From positions 1-52,542 of IMG/VR virus record IMGVR_UViG_3300013118_000236: 52,542 nucleotides of DNA; one strand, 5' to 3'. How positions within the stretch are numbered: the stretch's first letter is position 1; every line of letters starts with the position of its first letter. Below are positions 1-7,348 of the stretch, in pieces. Source of the stretch: a virus. Its lineage: Duplodnaviria > Caudoviricetes. The translations under genes were made by a program, and so were the position numbers. The notes beneath the pieces are model-generated. The model was not told the DNA's origin, did no database searches, and worked only from the letters and a program-made list of their open reading frames with translations.

Positions 1-2
1 TG

Positions 3-806
3 CTTCCGTTGCTTGTCATACTTGCCGCCTGTCGTTGGAAACTGCTTTGCAACATCAATGGTAGACGGCTCACAGTCCAGCCAGCCATCAGGCGGATCAA
101 GCGATGGGATGAGCGAAGCGACGGGCTCCGGTTCATGGGTGAGTTCCGCATGATCACGGACCTCCTTAAAGTTTTCCTGCAATCTCAAAATCTTGTCGCG
201 AGAGGTCCAGCGACTTTGGTTAGCTGATGCCAGCTTGCCAGCCTCCACATGGTAAACCCACAGACCAGCGCGAGCGGCAGTAAGCGCGTTCCAATCTACG
301 CTTTTAACATAGCGGAGCGATGTGTATGATCCCCACTCCTGATCTGGGCCGTGATAGCCGCTGACGCGGATAGGGATCATTGAGCCCACACCAATACCAG
401 TCTCACGGGCATTTTCAAGTGCACCAGCACGAACACGGCGGGATTCCTCGATGAATACCAGCTTGTCACGCTTCACAACCTCGCACACTCGGCGTGTGTG
501 GCCGCGCAGTTGGCAGTATCCACAGGTCACATTCTTCATGCGCTCGGCTTTCGCCACCTTGTTCTTGACCTTCTCGCCAGTCGCCAGATCAATCTTGGTA
601 CGCTTCATATACTGTTGGCGACGATGCTCGGCGCGTTCTTCGTACCACCTTACATCACCATCGTTACCGGCAGCGCGCTCTTTCTCTGCCATCGCCGCAG
701 CACCATGATACTGATCTTCGATCTGATCTGTGAGTTTTTCACACTTGCGTTTGTTGTGTCCCTGACGGTAGCAGTGTGAGCAGGTTACGGTTCCAGACCA
801 TGACAT
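3..806 (-). CDS. Double CCHC zinc-knuckle protein (3' end runs out of the window)
   Basis: Not in the ORF track because there is no stop in the window. ATG at 806 follows AAAGGAGAA and a promoter. Translation MSWSGTVTCSHCYRQGHNKRKC...TCGYCQLRGHTRRVC gives two CX2CX4HX4C motifs. Confidence 0.8.
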   Translation of the reverse strand, partial: MSWSGTVTCSHCYRQGHNKRKCEKLTDQIEDQYHGAAAMAEKERAAGNDGDVRWYEERAEHRRQQYMKRTKIDLATGEKVKNKVAKAERMKNVTCGYCQLRGHTRRVCEVVKRDKLVFIEESRRVRAGALENARETGIGVGSMIPIRVSGYHGPDQEWGSYTSLRYVKSVDWNALTAARAGLWVYHVEAGKLASANQSRWTSRDKILRLQENFKEVRDHAELTHEPEPVASLIPSLDPPDGWLDCEPSTIDVAKQFPTTGGKYDKQRK

Positions 807-831
807 AATGATTTCTCCTTTCTATACTTAT

Positions 832-886
832 AATATAACAAATCTGACGGGTAAAGTCAAGCTAAACTCTGTCAAGCAGTTGTCAA
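832..886 (-). promoter_or_regulatory. Early sigma70-type promoter P1 with two extra upstream TTGACA boxes
   Basis: TTGACA(886-881), TTGACA(875-870), TTGACT(860-855)-17 nt-TATATT(837-832). Confidence 0.8.
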
Positions 887-1066
887 GAGTTCTAAACTTT
901 TCTCGCCGCACCATTCTTGATGACCGGGACCGAAAAGCGATTCGCCCTGCGTAGTCCACATCACTTGAACGGGTGCGATGTTGCGGGAGTCTCGGTTACA
1001 CGAAACATCCACCACAATACCGATCTGCTCGGTCAGAAAATGTTTAACTAAGTCACCGACTTGCAT
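872..1066 (-). CDS. Small SH3/KOW-like beta-barrel protein (MKVGDLV family)
   Basis: MQVGDLVKH...GIVVDV...VQVMW...LELL. Confidence 0.8.
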   Translation of the reverse strand: MQVGDLVKHFLTEQIGIVVDVSCNRDSRNIAPVQVMWTTQGESLFGPGHQEWCGEKSLELLTTA

Positions 1067-1220
1067 TGATCAACTCCAAAAAGCCGCTACACTCCACGAT
1101 GGGCTTGCGCCTGTTGTTCCACAGCACATATACATCACCAGATTTAGCCCATCGCTTTATGCAGGGCGCAGTAACAATGCCCAAAATGCCATCGAGTCTT
1201 ACCAAATCACCTACTTTCAC
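1053..1220 (-). CDS. Small SH3/KOW-like protein (MKVGDLV family), 55 aa
   Basis: Read manually: MKVGDLVRLDGILGIVTAPCIKRWAKSGDVYVLWNNRRKPIVECSGFLELINASR; GTG start; 14-nt overlaps on both sides. Confidence 0.8.
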   Translation of the reverse strand: MKVGDLVRLDGILGIVTAPCIKRWAKSGDVYVLWNNRRKPIVECSGFLELINASR

Positions 1221-1392
1221 TGATCACCTCTACCCAGCTTTCGGGTTCCCAGTCCGTTCTGCCTGAACCTCCGAGCCACTTTATGCCTACCTGAATAGAA
1301 CTACGGTGATAGTCCCTGTCAACAACAATGCCGACAAATCCCGTGCTATGGGTTTTCATCCTCACCAGATCGCCTATCTTAATGCCGTGCAC
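1207..1392 (-). CDS. Small SH3/KOW-like protein (MKVGDLV family)
   Basis: IKIGDLVRM...GIVVD...GIKW...VEVISESR. Confidence 0.8.
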   Translation of the reverse strand: MHGIKIGDLVRMKTHSTGFVGIVVDRDYHRSSIQVGIKWLGGSGRTDWEPESWVEVISESR

Positions 1393-1579
1393 TGATCACC
1401 TCCAGAGTGTCCGATGAGTGATTAGATTCATCACACCATACAGCCGTCCATAATACGGCAACTTCTTCTTCGTCATTGATGCCTTCGGGATCAACGGCGA
1501 CGACGATGCCCTTTGGCTTTGGGGCACCCTCGTATCTGTGATCAGAATAGCGCATTGTTACAAGATCGCCTACTTTCAT
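1379..1579 (-). CDS. Small SH3/KOW-like protein (MKVGDLV family)
   Basis: MKVGDLVTM...GIVVAV...VAVLW...LEVIS. Confidence 0.8.
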   Translation of the reverse strand: MKVGDLVTMRYSDHRYEGAPKPKGIVVAVDPEGINDEEEVAVLWTAVWCDESNHSSDTLEVISARH

Positions 1580-1758
1580 GCTATCACTCTCATATCTTTG
1601 ACATGGACCCAGCCGCTTGTACGGGTTTTTGGATAGAATACACGGGCCAATGCTTTTGATTCTTCGGCAGTGTTGAGAAGGCGTAAAACGATCCCGATAT
1701 TGGCCTTTTTGCCATTATGGGTATACTCGCTCTGTACCATACTTCCGACTTTGATCAT
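1576..1758 (-). CDS. Small SH3/KOW-like protein (MKVGDLV family)
   Basis: MIKVGSMV...GIVLRL...ARVFY...MRVIA; first gene after P2. Confidence 0.75.
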   Translation of the reverse strand: MIKVGSMVQSEYTHNGKKANIGIVLRLLNTAEESKALARVFYPKTRTSGWVHVKDMRVIA

Positions 1759-1783
1759 AGATTTTTTCCCTTTCTACACCTAT

Positions 1784-1837
1784 AATATAGCCACTTGTGG
1801 GCTATTGTCAAGGCTTCAAATGTCAAGAGGATGTAAA
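1784..1837 (-). promoter_or_regulatory. Early promoter P2 with extra upstream boxes
   Basis: TTTACA(1837-1832), TTGACA(1826-1821), TTGACA(1811-1806)-16 nt-TATATT(1789-1784). Confidence 0.75.
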
Positions 1838-2020
1838 GTGTTCCAAGAACATTTCGTGAAACTTTAACTGTGTACCTGTCCCAAGAAAAACGATCGTGTA
1901 AGATTCGGTATAGTTTCCCGAAGCATCGGCGCGGTCGATGATCATGCCGGCCCGGTGATCAGGGATCTCAGCCGCATGGGTTCCGTCGCGGATCTTCACC
2001 AGATCACCTATCTTGAACAC
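1823..2020 (-). CDS. Small SH3/KOW-like protein (MKVGDLV family, 'DGTH..IPDHR' subfamily)
   Basis: FKIGDLVKIRDGTHAAEIPDHR; close paralog of 7726..7935. Confidence 0.8.
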   Translation of the reverse strand: MFKIGDLVKIRDGTHAAEIPDHRAGMIIDRADASGNYTESYTIVFLGTGTQLKFHEMFLEHFTSS

Positions 2021-2198
2021 TTAAAACCTCGAGCCATTTTGTCGGCTCCCACGATGCTTCTGCATCTTCAATCCAGTAAACTTTAACACGGTGAAGACTC
2101 GGTGTTCCACGATTGATGCCATCGGGCTTCGTTCGCAAAACAACTCCCGTTGCGGGATAGATAGAACCGGGCATATGTACCAAGTCACCCACTTGCAC
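2004..2198 (-). CDS. Small SH3/KOW-like protein (MKVGDLV family)
   Basis: MQVGDLVH...GVVLR...VKVYW...LEVLS. Confidence 0.8.
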   Translation of the reverse strand: MQVGDLVHMPGSIYPATGVVLRTKPDGINRGTPSLHRVKVYWIEDAEASWEPTKWLEVLSVQDR

Positions 2199-2361
2199 TG
2201 ACCACCTCCAAATGTTTATAATGAATATATCTTGTCTCGCCGTTTGACCAAAACACGCCGATTAGGTTCTTTGCTGTTTTGTGGATCTCAACAATAAGCC
2301 TCGGATCATACCAATGACCATTCGCAGAAACCACCAGATCACCTATTTTAATGCGTTTCAC
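2185..2361 (-). CDS. Small SH3/KOW-like protein (MKVGDLV family)
   Basis: Start reassigned to GTG 2361 (GTGA overlap with the upstream gene): MKRIKIGDLVV...LIVEI...GVFW...LEVVSASG. Confidence 0.75.
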   Translation of the reverse strand: MKRIKIGDLVVSANGHWYDPRLIVEIHKTAKNLIGVFWSNGETRYIHYKHLEVVSASG

Positions 2362-2519
2362 GCGCTGACCAATACTGTTACGTCTGAGCGCAATGCACAT
2401 ATGTCGCGAGGATGCTTTTGTGGCTTGATGTGTATACCATCTTCATCAATCAGAACAATAACTCCTAACTTCGTGCCGTAGTGCTTTGTGTTAACTCTTA
2501 CCAGATCGCCAACTTTCAT
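2358..2519 (-). CDS. Small SH3/KOW-like protein (MKVGDLV family), 53 aa
   Basis: Read manually: MKVGDLVRVNTKHYGTKLGVIVLIDEDGIHIKPQKHPRDICALRSDVTVLVSA. Confidence 0.8.
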   Translation of the reverse strand: MKVGDLVRVNTKHYGTKLGVIVLIDEDGIHIKPQKHPRDICALRSDVTVLVSA

Positions 2520-2608
2520 GGTTGCTCCCTATTCTTTTTTTGTTTTTGTTGTTTGAGGTACTTTTCGCGCTCTTCATTCAACTTCTTGAGAGTCTCTAAA
2601 TCCCACAT
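2516..2608 (-). CDS. 30-aa hypothetical peptide
   Basis: GGAGGT RBS; MWDLETLKKLNEEREKYLKQQKQKKNREQP; ATGA overlap with the next gene. Confidence 0.55.
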   Translation of the reverse strand: MWDLETLKKLNEEREKYLKQQKQKKNREQP

Positions 2609-2639
2609 AAATACCTCCAGTTGTTTTCTTCATACATAT

Positions 2640-2694
2640 AATATAAGACCGCGAAGCGGTTACGGCAAGTTTTTTCTTGTCAAGCATATGTCAT
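2640..2694 (-). promoter_or_regulatory. Early promoter P3 with extra upstream boxes
   Basis: ATGACA(2694-2689), TTGACA(2683-2678), TTGCCG(2668-2663)-17 nt-TATATT(2645-2640). Confidence 0.7.
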
Positions 2695-3344
2695 GACTTT
2701 GACTTTTTGGGCTTCGGAGCTTTCTTCAGTCGACGTTCCTCTACCCAAAATGAAATCGTTGAGCCTACGGGCAGGATCTTGTAACGCTTGGCACCCTTTG
2801 CTGCTGACTGAATAAGGCTGCTTATTTCAATAACAAATCCGCCGCGTCTCTTAAAATCACTGAATACGTGACGACTGAGCCGGCCAGAGTCAGCAGCAAA
2901 CAAGTCACTATGCTGGCATGCTGCATTACCCACAATATAATCGCCAAGACTAAACTTCGAAAGTTTCTTAGCCTCGGTCAAAACTTTCGCTGCGTATTTA
3001 TTGTTTAGCATCTTGTAAAACTGATGCCGCTGGGGTACTAATCCATTTTGAATGTCGCGCACAACCTCTTGATAGTAGGGAGTTTTGCTATAATAGAACG
3101 CGAGGATCTCTGCATTGTCGTACCAAGAGTTTTGATATTCTTGCGGCCAAGCTGCAAGGGCCTTGACTGCTTCCTCGGTGTTCTCGTTAAAAATGCGAGT
3201 TAGTACCTCCATCTGTTTCCCCGAGAGACGACGCCCACGATCAATCTGATCAACGATTGATTCGCAAAAACCGCGGGACCAATCATTAAATGTTGGATAA
3301 TCTTGTATTTGCTTGATTCGTGCTTTGATTGCATGTTCGGTCAT
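2691..3344 (-). CDS. Hypothetical phage protein, possible C-terminal SH3-like domain
   Basis: 217-aa ORF; C-terminal FSLGDYIV...GFVIEI...YKIL...WVEERRLK pattern. Confidence 0.7.
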   Translation of the reverse strand: MTEHAIKARIKQIQDYPTFNDWSRGFCESIVDQIDRGRRLSGKQMEVLTRIFNENTEEAVKALAAWPQEYQNSWYDNAEILAFYYSKTPYYQEVVRDIQNGLVPQRHQFYKMLNNKYAAKVLTEAKKLSKFSLGDYIVGNAACQHSDLFAADSGRLSRHVFSDFKRRGGFVIEISSLIQSAAKGAKRYKILPVGSTISFWVEERRLKKAPKPKKSKS

Positions 3345-3424
3345 TGTGTCCTGCTTTACTTAAATATGTTGAAAAAGAGATTTTTAGGTGGAAAAAAATG
3401 GCGGAAAAAATCGCGGCGATCGAA

Positions 3425-3826
3425 CTAAAACTCGATGCTCCTGTTGACACAAATATCTCCCCACATCGCGTCACCACGATACTCAATATCCTCGGTTTCT
3501 TCACCGATGCGAATGAACTTGTAAAACTCAAATGCGGGATTTGTTTTTTCTTTGCCTTCATAATCTTTCTTGCCCGTGGGAAGATCCTCGCCATCGCACC
3601 AGTCCATGAAGTCGGTGAGAGCGCGAACACACTCAAACGAGTCATACCACTTGAGCCAGCCCCACTTGAAAAGAAACGATCCCTTTTCTCCATTGTAGTC
3701 TTTGACCATATTATCGGCGTCAGCAAAGCACAACTCTCGCGCTCTTGGCGACTTAGCCATAGTGACCAAGAACTGAGGCATAACCTCTGGACCGACATAT
3801 AAAACAACTTCTGAACGATAACCCAT
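3425..3826 (-). CDS. Hypothetical phage protein (MGYRS-start family)
   Basis: MGYRSEV...LKWY...FIRIGEE..D pattern; AAAGGAGAA RBS after P4. Confidence 0.75.
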   Translation of the reverse strand: MGYRSEVVLYVGPEVMPQFLVTMAKSPRARELCFADADNMVKDYNGEKGSFLFKWGWLKWYDSFECVRALTDFMDWCDGEDLPTGKKDYEGKEKTNPAFEFYKFIRIGEETEDIEYRGDAMWGDICVNRSIEF

Positions 3827-3848
3827 GTATTCTCCTTTCTATATCTAT

Positions 3849-3903
3849 AATATAGCACCCAAACGCATCACTGTCAACGGCTAAGTTGTCAACTAATCGT
3901 CAA
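3849..3903 (-). promoter_or_regulatory. Early promoter P4 with extra upstream boxes
   Basis: TTGACG(3903-3898), TTGACA(3892-3887), TTGACA(3877-3872)-17 nt-TATATT(3854-3849). Confidence 0.8.
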
Positions 3904-4240
3904 CGACGAAATGTACCCCGATAGGCGCGACACCACGTGGAACCTCGCCGTCAACGATACCGCCGTGCTTTGCCAGCACATTCGTCACCACTTGAACCGG
4001 CACATACGCATAAACCGTTTGTGTTGGCTTGTCTGGTTCCTCTGCGTATTCCATGATCATATCTTCCCTTTGGCTGGGAAAGCCTACCTCTACTTCTTCG
4101 TATTTGTCTGCTCCACTCATCCTTGGGGTACAATACGCACCATGATGCGCCTGCACGCTCATCTTAAAACCATCGGCGCATACCACCTGTCGGTTTCTGT
4201 TGGAACCAACTGTATTAAAAAACTCATTCGCGCTACCCAT
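3893..4240 (-). CDS. Hypothetical phage protein
   Basis: CADGFKMSVQA...YCTPR...EVEVGFPS...YAYVP...KHGG, a motif pattern I recall from phage proteins of unknown function; AAAGGAG RBS. Confidence 0.75.
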   Translation of the reverse strand: MGSANEFFNTVGSNRNRQVVCADGFKMSVQAHHGAYCTPRMSGADKYEEVEVGFPSQREDMIMEYAEEPDKPTQTVYAYVPVQVVTNVLAKHGGIVDGEVPRGVAPIGVHFVVDD

Positions 4241-4539
4241 TATTCAAACTCTCCTTTTTTGACAAACTTTAAGTCATTTCTGAGAAAATACGCATCTTCT
4301 CTATTCTTGTTAAAACTCCGCCCCCAGCGCCCATTCGGGCCATCACTTTGCATCCACCTGACGTAGAATCGTGTCTTTTCGTTAACGGAAGTCCATGAAT
4401 AGACTTTTGGCACTGTTTTGATTTCCATAACCAAACCGACGAGGGGCCTCTTTTCAATCCAAATCCGTCGCGACCAACGGCGCAAATCATTTGTTTGAAG
4501 GGCGTATGCCGATAATGTTACTAAATCACCTACTTTCAT
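4240..4539 (-). CDS. SH3/KOW-like protein with long loops (MKVGDLV family)
   Basis: MKVGDLVTL...GLVMEI...FYVRW...LKFVK. Confidence 0.8.
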   Translation of the reverse strand: MKVGDLVTLSAYALQTNDLRRWSRRIWIEKRPLVGLVMEIKTVPKVYSWTSVNEKTRFYVRWMQSDGPNGRWGRSFNKNREDAYFLRNDLKFVKKGEFE

Positions 4540-4874
4540 GCCTGAATCTCCACGGGGATTGCGTCAAGGTTATAACTTCGATCTGCCATTCTGTCCCAAC
4601 TAATCTCGCACCACTCAGAAAAAATCTTCCAAAGCTGCTCGCTCGGCATTTCTTTCAGTCTCTCTTGGTCCCACTCAATCGCTTCGGTCTGATCGCCATC
4701 GGTTTCTGCATACGGGTTACAATCGTTCATAACTGACAAAGCGGTTTCGTCATCGTCAACACCCAAAAACTCTGTTATATCCGAAATGCACGCGAGCGCA
4801 CAACCTTTCTGTGTCAGATGTACGCTGCTAAACAACTCGCCTTCGTAGCTTCCCTGCATAACCCAAACTTTCAT
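4536..4874 (-). CDS. Hypothetical acidic phage protein
   Basis: 112-aa ORF; ATGA overlaps on both sides; GAGGTG RBS. Confidence 0.7.
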   Translation of the reverse strand: MKVWVMQGSYEGELFSSVHLTQKGCALACISDITEFLGVDDDETALSVMNDCNPYAETDGDQTEAIEWDQERLKEMPSEQLWKIFSEWCEISWDRMADRSYNLDAIPVEIQA

Positions 4875-5020
4875 CCAACCACCTCAAACGCAGCTTTGAA
4901 CTGCCACATCTTATGGTTGTGTTTCTGACTAACAACCAGCACTTGATCTGCGATAACATCAAGAGCAATCCATTTGCTGTGATTGCCCCACATTCTAAGT
5001 AGCGATCCAACTTCGATCAT
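4871..5020 (-). CDS. Small SH3/KOW-like protein, 49 aa
   Basis: Read manually: MIEVGSLLRMWGNHSKWIALDVIADQVLVVSQKHNHKMWQFKAAFEVVG; AAAGGAGAA RBS after P5. Confidence 0.7.
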   Translation of the reverse strand: MIEVGSLLRMWGNHSKWIALDVIADQVLVVSQKHNHKMWQFKAAFEVVG

Positions 5021-5042
5021 TGTTTCTCCTTTCTATACCTAT

Positions 5043-5097
5043 AATATAACATAAGGGGGTGCGGGTAGCAAGGGTATTCTTGTCAAGTGAATGTCAA
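5043..5097 (-). promoter_or_regulatory. Early promoter P5 with extra upstream boxes
   Basis: TTGACA(5097-5092), TTGACA(5086-5081), TTGCTA(5071-5066)-17 nt-TATATT(5048-5043). Confidence 0.75.
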
Positions 5098-5333
5098 GAG
5101 ATTTGACTGTTCGCCCAGGGTTCGATATATGCTTGTCTGTCGCCATCTTTTGCAACAGTAAAAGCGTCGGTTGTGAGCATCGGATTGATGCCACGCTTAA
5201 TAATAAACCATTCTTGGCCGCTAACTTGGAGCAAATCAGGGTATGGACGGCCGTGAGACTGCGGGTGCATATCCACCACAATAGCCATAACTCCGGGGTT
5301 AAACTTATACATTACCAAATCACCGACTTTCAT
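5094..5333 (-). CDS. Small SH3/KOW-like protein (MKVGDLV family)
   Basis: True start MKVGDLVMY at 5333; the longer track ORF crosses promoter P6. Confidence 0.75.
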   Translation of the reverse strand: MKVGDLVMYKFNPGVMAIVVDMHPQSHGRPYPDLLQVSGQEWFIIKRGINPMLTTDAFTVAKDGDRQAYIEPWANSQIS

Positions 5334-5467
5334 ACGCGCACCTTTCCTCGGCATGCCTTTTTGTTGGCTGCCTTCTTGCGATCCTTCATCGCTCCAGCGC
5401 GACGAAAGTGCGCGGCAACTGCGATCCAGTTCCGGCGCTTTGGGGTATTGGTCTTTTTCTTCTTCAT
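5330..5467 (-). CDS. 45-aa highly basic peptide, probably leaderless
   Basis: MKKKKTNTPKRRNWIAVAAHFRRAGAMKDRKKAANKKACRGKVRV; ATG 7 nt after the P6 -10 box; ATGA overlap with the next gene. Confidence 0.7.
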   Translation of the reverse strand: MKKKKTNTPKRRNWIAVAAHFRRAGAMKDRKKAANKKACRGKVRV

Positions 5468-5473
5468 ACATAT

Positions 5474-5528
5474 AATATAGCATAGTGGGATGCGGGTAGC
5501 AAGGGTATTCCTGTCAAGTGAATGTCAA
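5474..5528 (-). promoter_or_regulatory. Early promoter P6 with extra upstream boxes
   Basis: TTGACA(5528-5523), TTGACA(5517-5512), TTGCTA(5502-5497)-17 nt-TATATT(5479-5474). Confidence 0.75.
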
Positions 5529-5532
5529 GTGT

Positions 5533-5727
5533 CTAAATAACATTCCAGGCACCGTAATCGCTTCTTTCGATGATTTCTCCGTGCTTGAGGATCTTGGCTA
5601 TCCCGGTGCGCTGATCAACATCAATGACCAGCCCGATCCATTCGGCAAAGGTGCCTATACATTCGTGTACCACGTCACCTGGAAAGATAAATCGCACGGG
5701 CCGGGCTTCCATTTCTTCAGGACTCAT
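5533..5727 (-). CDS. Small SH3/KOW-like protein
   Basis: FIFPGDVVH...GLVIDV...AKIL; AAGGAGAGG RBS after P7. Confidence 0.7.
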   Translation of the reverse strand: MSPEEMEARPVRFIFPGDVVHECIGTFAEWIGLVIDVDQRTGIAKILKHGEIIERSDYGAWNVI

Positions 5728-5749
5728 TTGTTCCTCTCCTTATACATAT

Positions 5750-5794
5750 AATATACCACCGAAACGCCCCTAAGTCAAGTCAAGGAGTTGTCAA
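5750..5794 (-). promoter_or_regulatory. Early promoter P7 (box pair 10 bp closer to -35)
   Basis: TTGACA(5794-5789), TTGACT(5783-5778), TTGACT(5778-5773)-17 nt-TATATT(5755-5750). Confidence 0.75.
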
Positions 5795-5986
5795 GTAAAC
5801 CACATCATCATTTCTTTCGTTGACAAGGTATTTGCCCCCATCGATCCACACAACCCACAACAAATCTTTCCAGCCGCCCGCCTGTCGATCATCGGACTCA
5901 AAACTTTCCAATACAACGCCGGGGTTAGACCAATCCTCGTCACCGAACGATTTTGGCTTGAACGATATTAGATCACCGACTTTCAT
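5780..5986 (-). CDS. Small SH3/KOW-like protein (MKVGDLV family)
   Basis: MKVGDLISF...GVVLE...WVVW. Confidence 0.8.
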   Translation of the reverse strand: MKVGDLISFKPKSFGDEDWSNPGVVLESFESDDRQAGGWKDLLWVVWIDGGKYLVNERNDDVVYLTTP

Positions 5987-6131
5987 TCAACAACTCCCAA
6001 GAGGTTGAGTTGAAAACTTGGTTAGGAGATTCGCCAGCAACCTTGAAATATGCACCGTGCTCATTGACACACCATATCACAATACTGATCCTACCTGTGA
6101 ACTTGCACCTAATCAGATCACCCACATTCAT
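5973..6131 (-). CDS. Small SH3/KOW-like protein (MKVGDLV family), 52 aa
   Basis: Read manually: MNVGDLIRCKFTGRISIVIWCVNEHGAYFKVAGESPNQVFNSTSWELLNESR. Confidence 0.8.
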   Translation of the reverse strand: MNVGDLIRCKFTGRISIVIWCVNEHGAYFKVAGESPNQVFNSTSWELLNESR

Positions 6132-6318
6132 TCAAAATCTCCAGTTGATCGAGCGGGGTCGAATAAACTTCGCCTTCCCACAACACGTGGGCGTGAGTAA
6201 TAACAGTCCACCCATCTTTATCTAATGCGGTTGCATAGGTATCATCCTCAATAAAAATGCCAGTGATGGGTTTTTCATTCGGACCAAAACTTACTTTTAC
6301 CAGATCACCGTGTTTCAC
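6118..6318 (-). CDS. Small SH3/KOW-like protein (MKVGDLV family)
   Basis: MKHGDLVKV...GIFIE...AHVLW...LEILNECG. Confidence 0.8.
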   Translation of the reverse strand: MKHGDLVKVSFGPNEKPITGIFIEDDTYATALDKDGWTVITHAHVLWEGEVYSTPLDQLEILNECG

Positions 6319-6493
6319 TTACTAACTCCCAATCATCTTCGCGGAGCCAGCCCACAGATTCTCCATGGGCAAGCACCTTTATCCAGTTGATTCGTGTCTC
6401 TGTCACGATATGTATGCTGCTGCTCTTGAAGGACGCCGCCGTAAGTACATGATATTGTCTGTATTTCTTTCTCACCAGATCACCGACTTTCAC
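6305..6493 (-). CDS. Small SH3/KOW-like protein (MKVGDLV family)
   Basis: MKVGDLVRK...IVTE...IKVL...WELVSETR. Confidence 0.8.
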   Translation of the reverse strand: MKVGDLVRKKYRQYHVLTAASFKSSSIHIVTETRINWIKVLAHGESVGWLREDDWELVSETR

Positions 6494-6677
6494 TTAGCAC
6501 CTCGACGTATCCAATGGGATACCATGATTCTTGTCCCTCTTCCAAAACTTTAACTAACCCTAAGCCGTTTGGGTGCTGTCCACTCTTGTTGACTTCCAAC
6601 ACAATGCTTACAAAGTTAGCGCAATCCTCTACACGGCTTGAGTGATAACCCACCTTTACCAGATCACCCACCTTCAC
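6480..6677 (-). CDS. Small SH3/KOW-like protein (MKVGDLV family)
   Basis: MKVGDLVKV...IVLEV...VKVL...VEVLSESR. Confidence 0.8.
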   Translation of the reverse strand: MKVGDLVKVGYHSSRVEDCANFVSIVLEVNKSGQHPNGLGLVKVLEEGQESWYPIGYVEVLSESR

Positions 6678-6846
6678 TCAGCACCTCAAGCATCTTTATA
6701 AACTCGTAAGTCATATCCCCGTCATTCCATTGAATCCTTGCCACGCGATTGCCGTGGTCAATCGCTGTCTCTTGGGGTCCAACCTCCACAACAATGCCGT
6801 GGTGTATGTGGTCATCCCTTCTTTTAACTAAGTTACCGACTTTCAT
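6664..6846 (-). CDS. Small SH3/KOW-like protein (MKVGDLV family)
   Basis: MKVGNLVKR...GIVVEV...ARIQWNDG...LEVLSEGG. Confidence 0.8.
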   Translation of the reverse strand: MKVGNLVKRRDDHIHHGIVVEVGPQETAIDHGNRVARIQWNDGDMTYEFIKMLEVLSEGG

Positions 6847-7057
6847 CAATCACCTCTAAATCTGTGATAGGGACTGTACGCTTGTCACCGTTAATCAATA
6901 CGATTGCGTGTGGCTCTGGATCGATCTTGCCCCAGTCTACCTTGCTGCCAAGCTCATCTGTGCGCCAACACTTCTTTTCTATCAAATCAACAATGAGGCC
7001 GGCGCGGAATGATGCTCCGTGAACTGCTGAAAGTTTAACTAAGTCACCTATTTTCAT
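6833..7057 (-). CDS. Small SH3/KOW-like protein (MKVGDLV family), probably leaderless
   Basis: MKIGDLVKL...GLIVDL...LEVIDESR; ATG 7 nt after the P8 -10 box with no RBS. Confidence 0.8.
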   Translation of the reverse strand: MKIGDLVKLSAVHGASFRAGLIVDLIEKKCWRTDELGSKVDWGKIDPEPHAIVLINGDKRTVPITDLEVIDESR

Positions 7058-7063
7058 ATATAT

Positions 7064-7118
7064 AATATAGCACCAAAGCCGGCGCTCGTCAACCTCTAAG
7101 TTGTCAAGTGAGTGTTAA
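7064..7118 (-). promoter_or_regulatory. Early promoter P8 with extra upstream boxes
   Basis: TTAACA(7118-7113), TTGACA(7107-7102), TTGACG(7092-7087)-17 nt-TATATT(7069-7064). Confidence 0.8.
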
Positions 7119-7123
7119 GTGCG

Positions 7124-7330
7124 CTAAACTTTTCCAGGCTGCCCCTTTGGGCTAACAACTTTTAGCTTTGAGCGTTGCCACCATCCGATAGGGTTGTTTT
7201 CGGATGACCACAGGATTTTACATTCGATCCCTTTAGTCTCGGTCACCAATCCAACGCAAGAAATATCGCGTTCCTCATCGTAGAGCGCGACAACCAGATC
7301 ACCGATGCTTGGGGCGCCGCTATCCTTCAT
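7124..7330 (-). CDS. Small SH3/KOW-like protein (MKVGDLV family)
   Basis: PSIGDLVV...GLVTE...CKILW...LKVVS. Confidence 0.75.
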   Translation of the reverse strand: MKDSGAPSIGDLVVALYDEERDISCVGLVTETKGIECKILWSSENNPIGWWQRSKLKVVSPKGQPGKV

Positions 7331-7348
7331 TGAACACCAGTCTTACAA

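Larger units (their letters stand above)
5040..5529. repeat. 59-bp direct repeat of a whole promoter module (5040-5098 and 5471-5529)
   Basis: Manual alignment gives 54/59 identical bases, including spacer positions. Confidence 0.9.
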
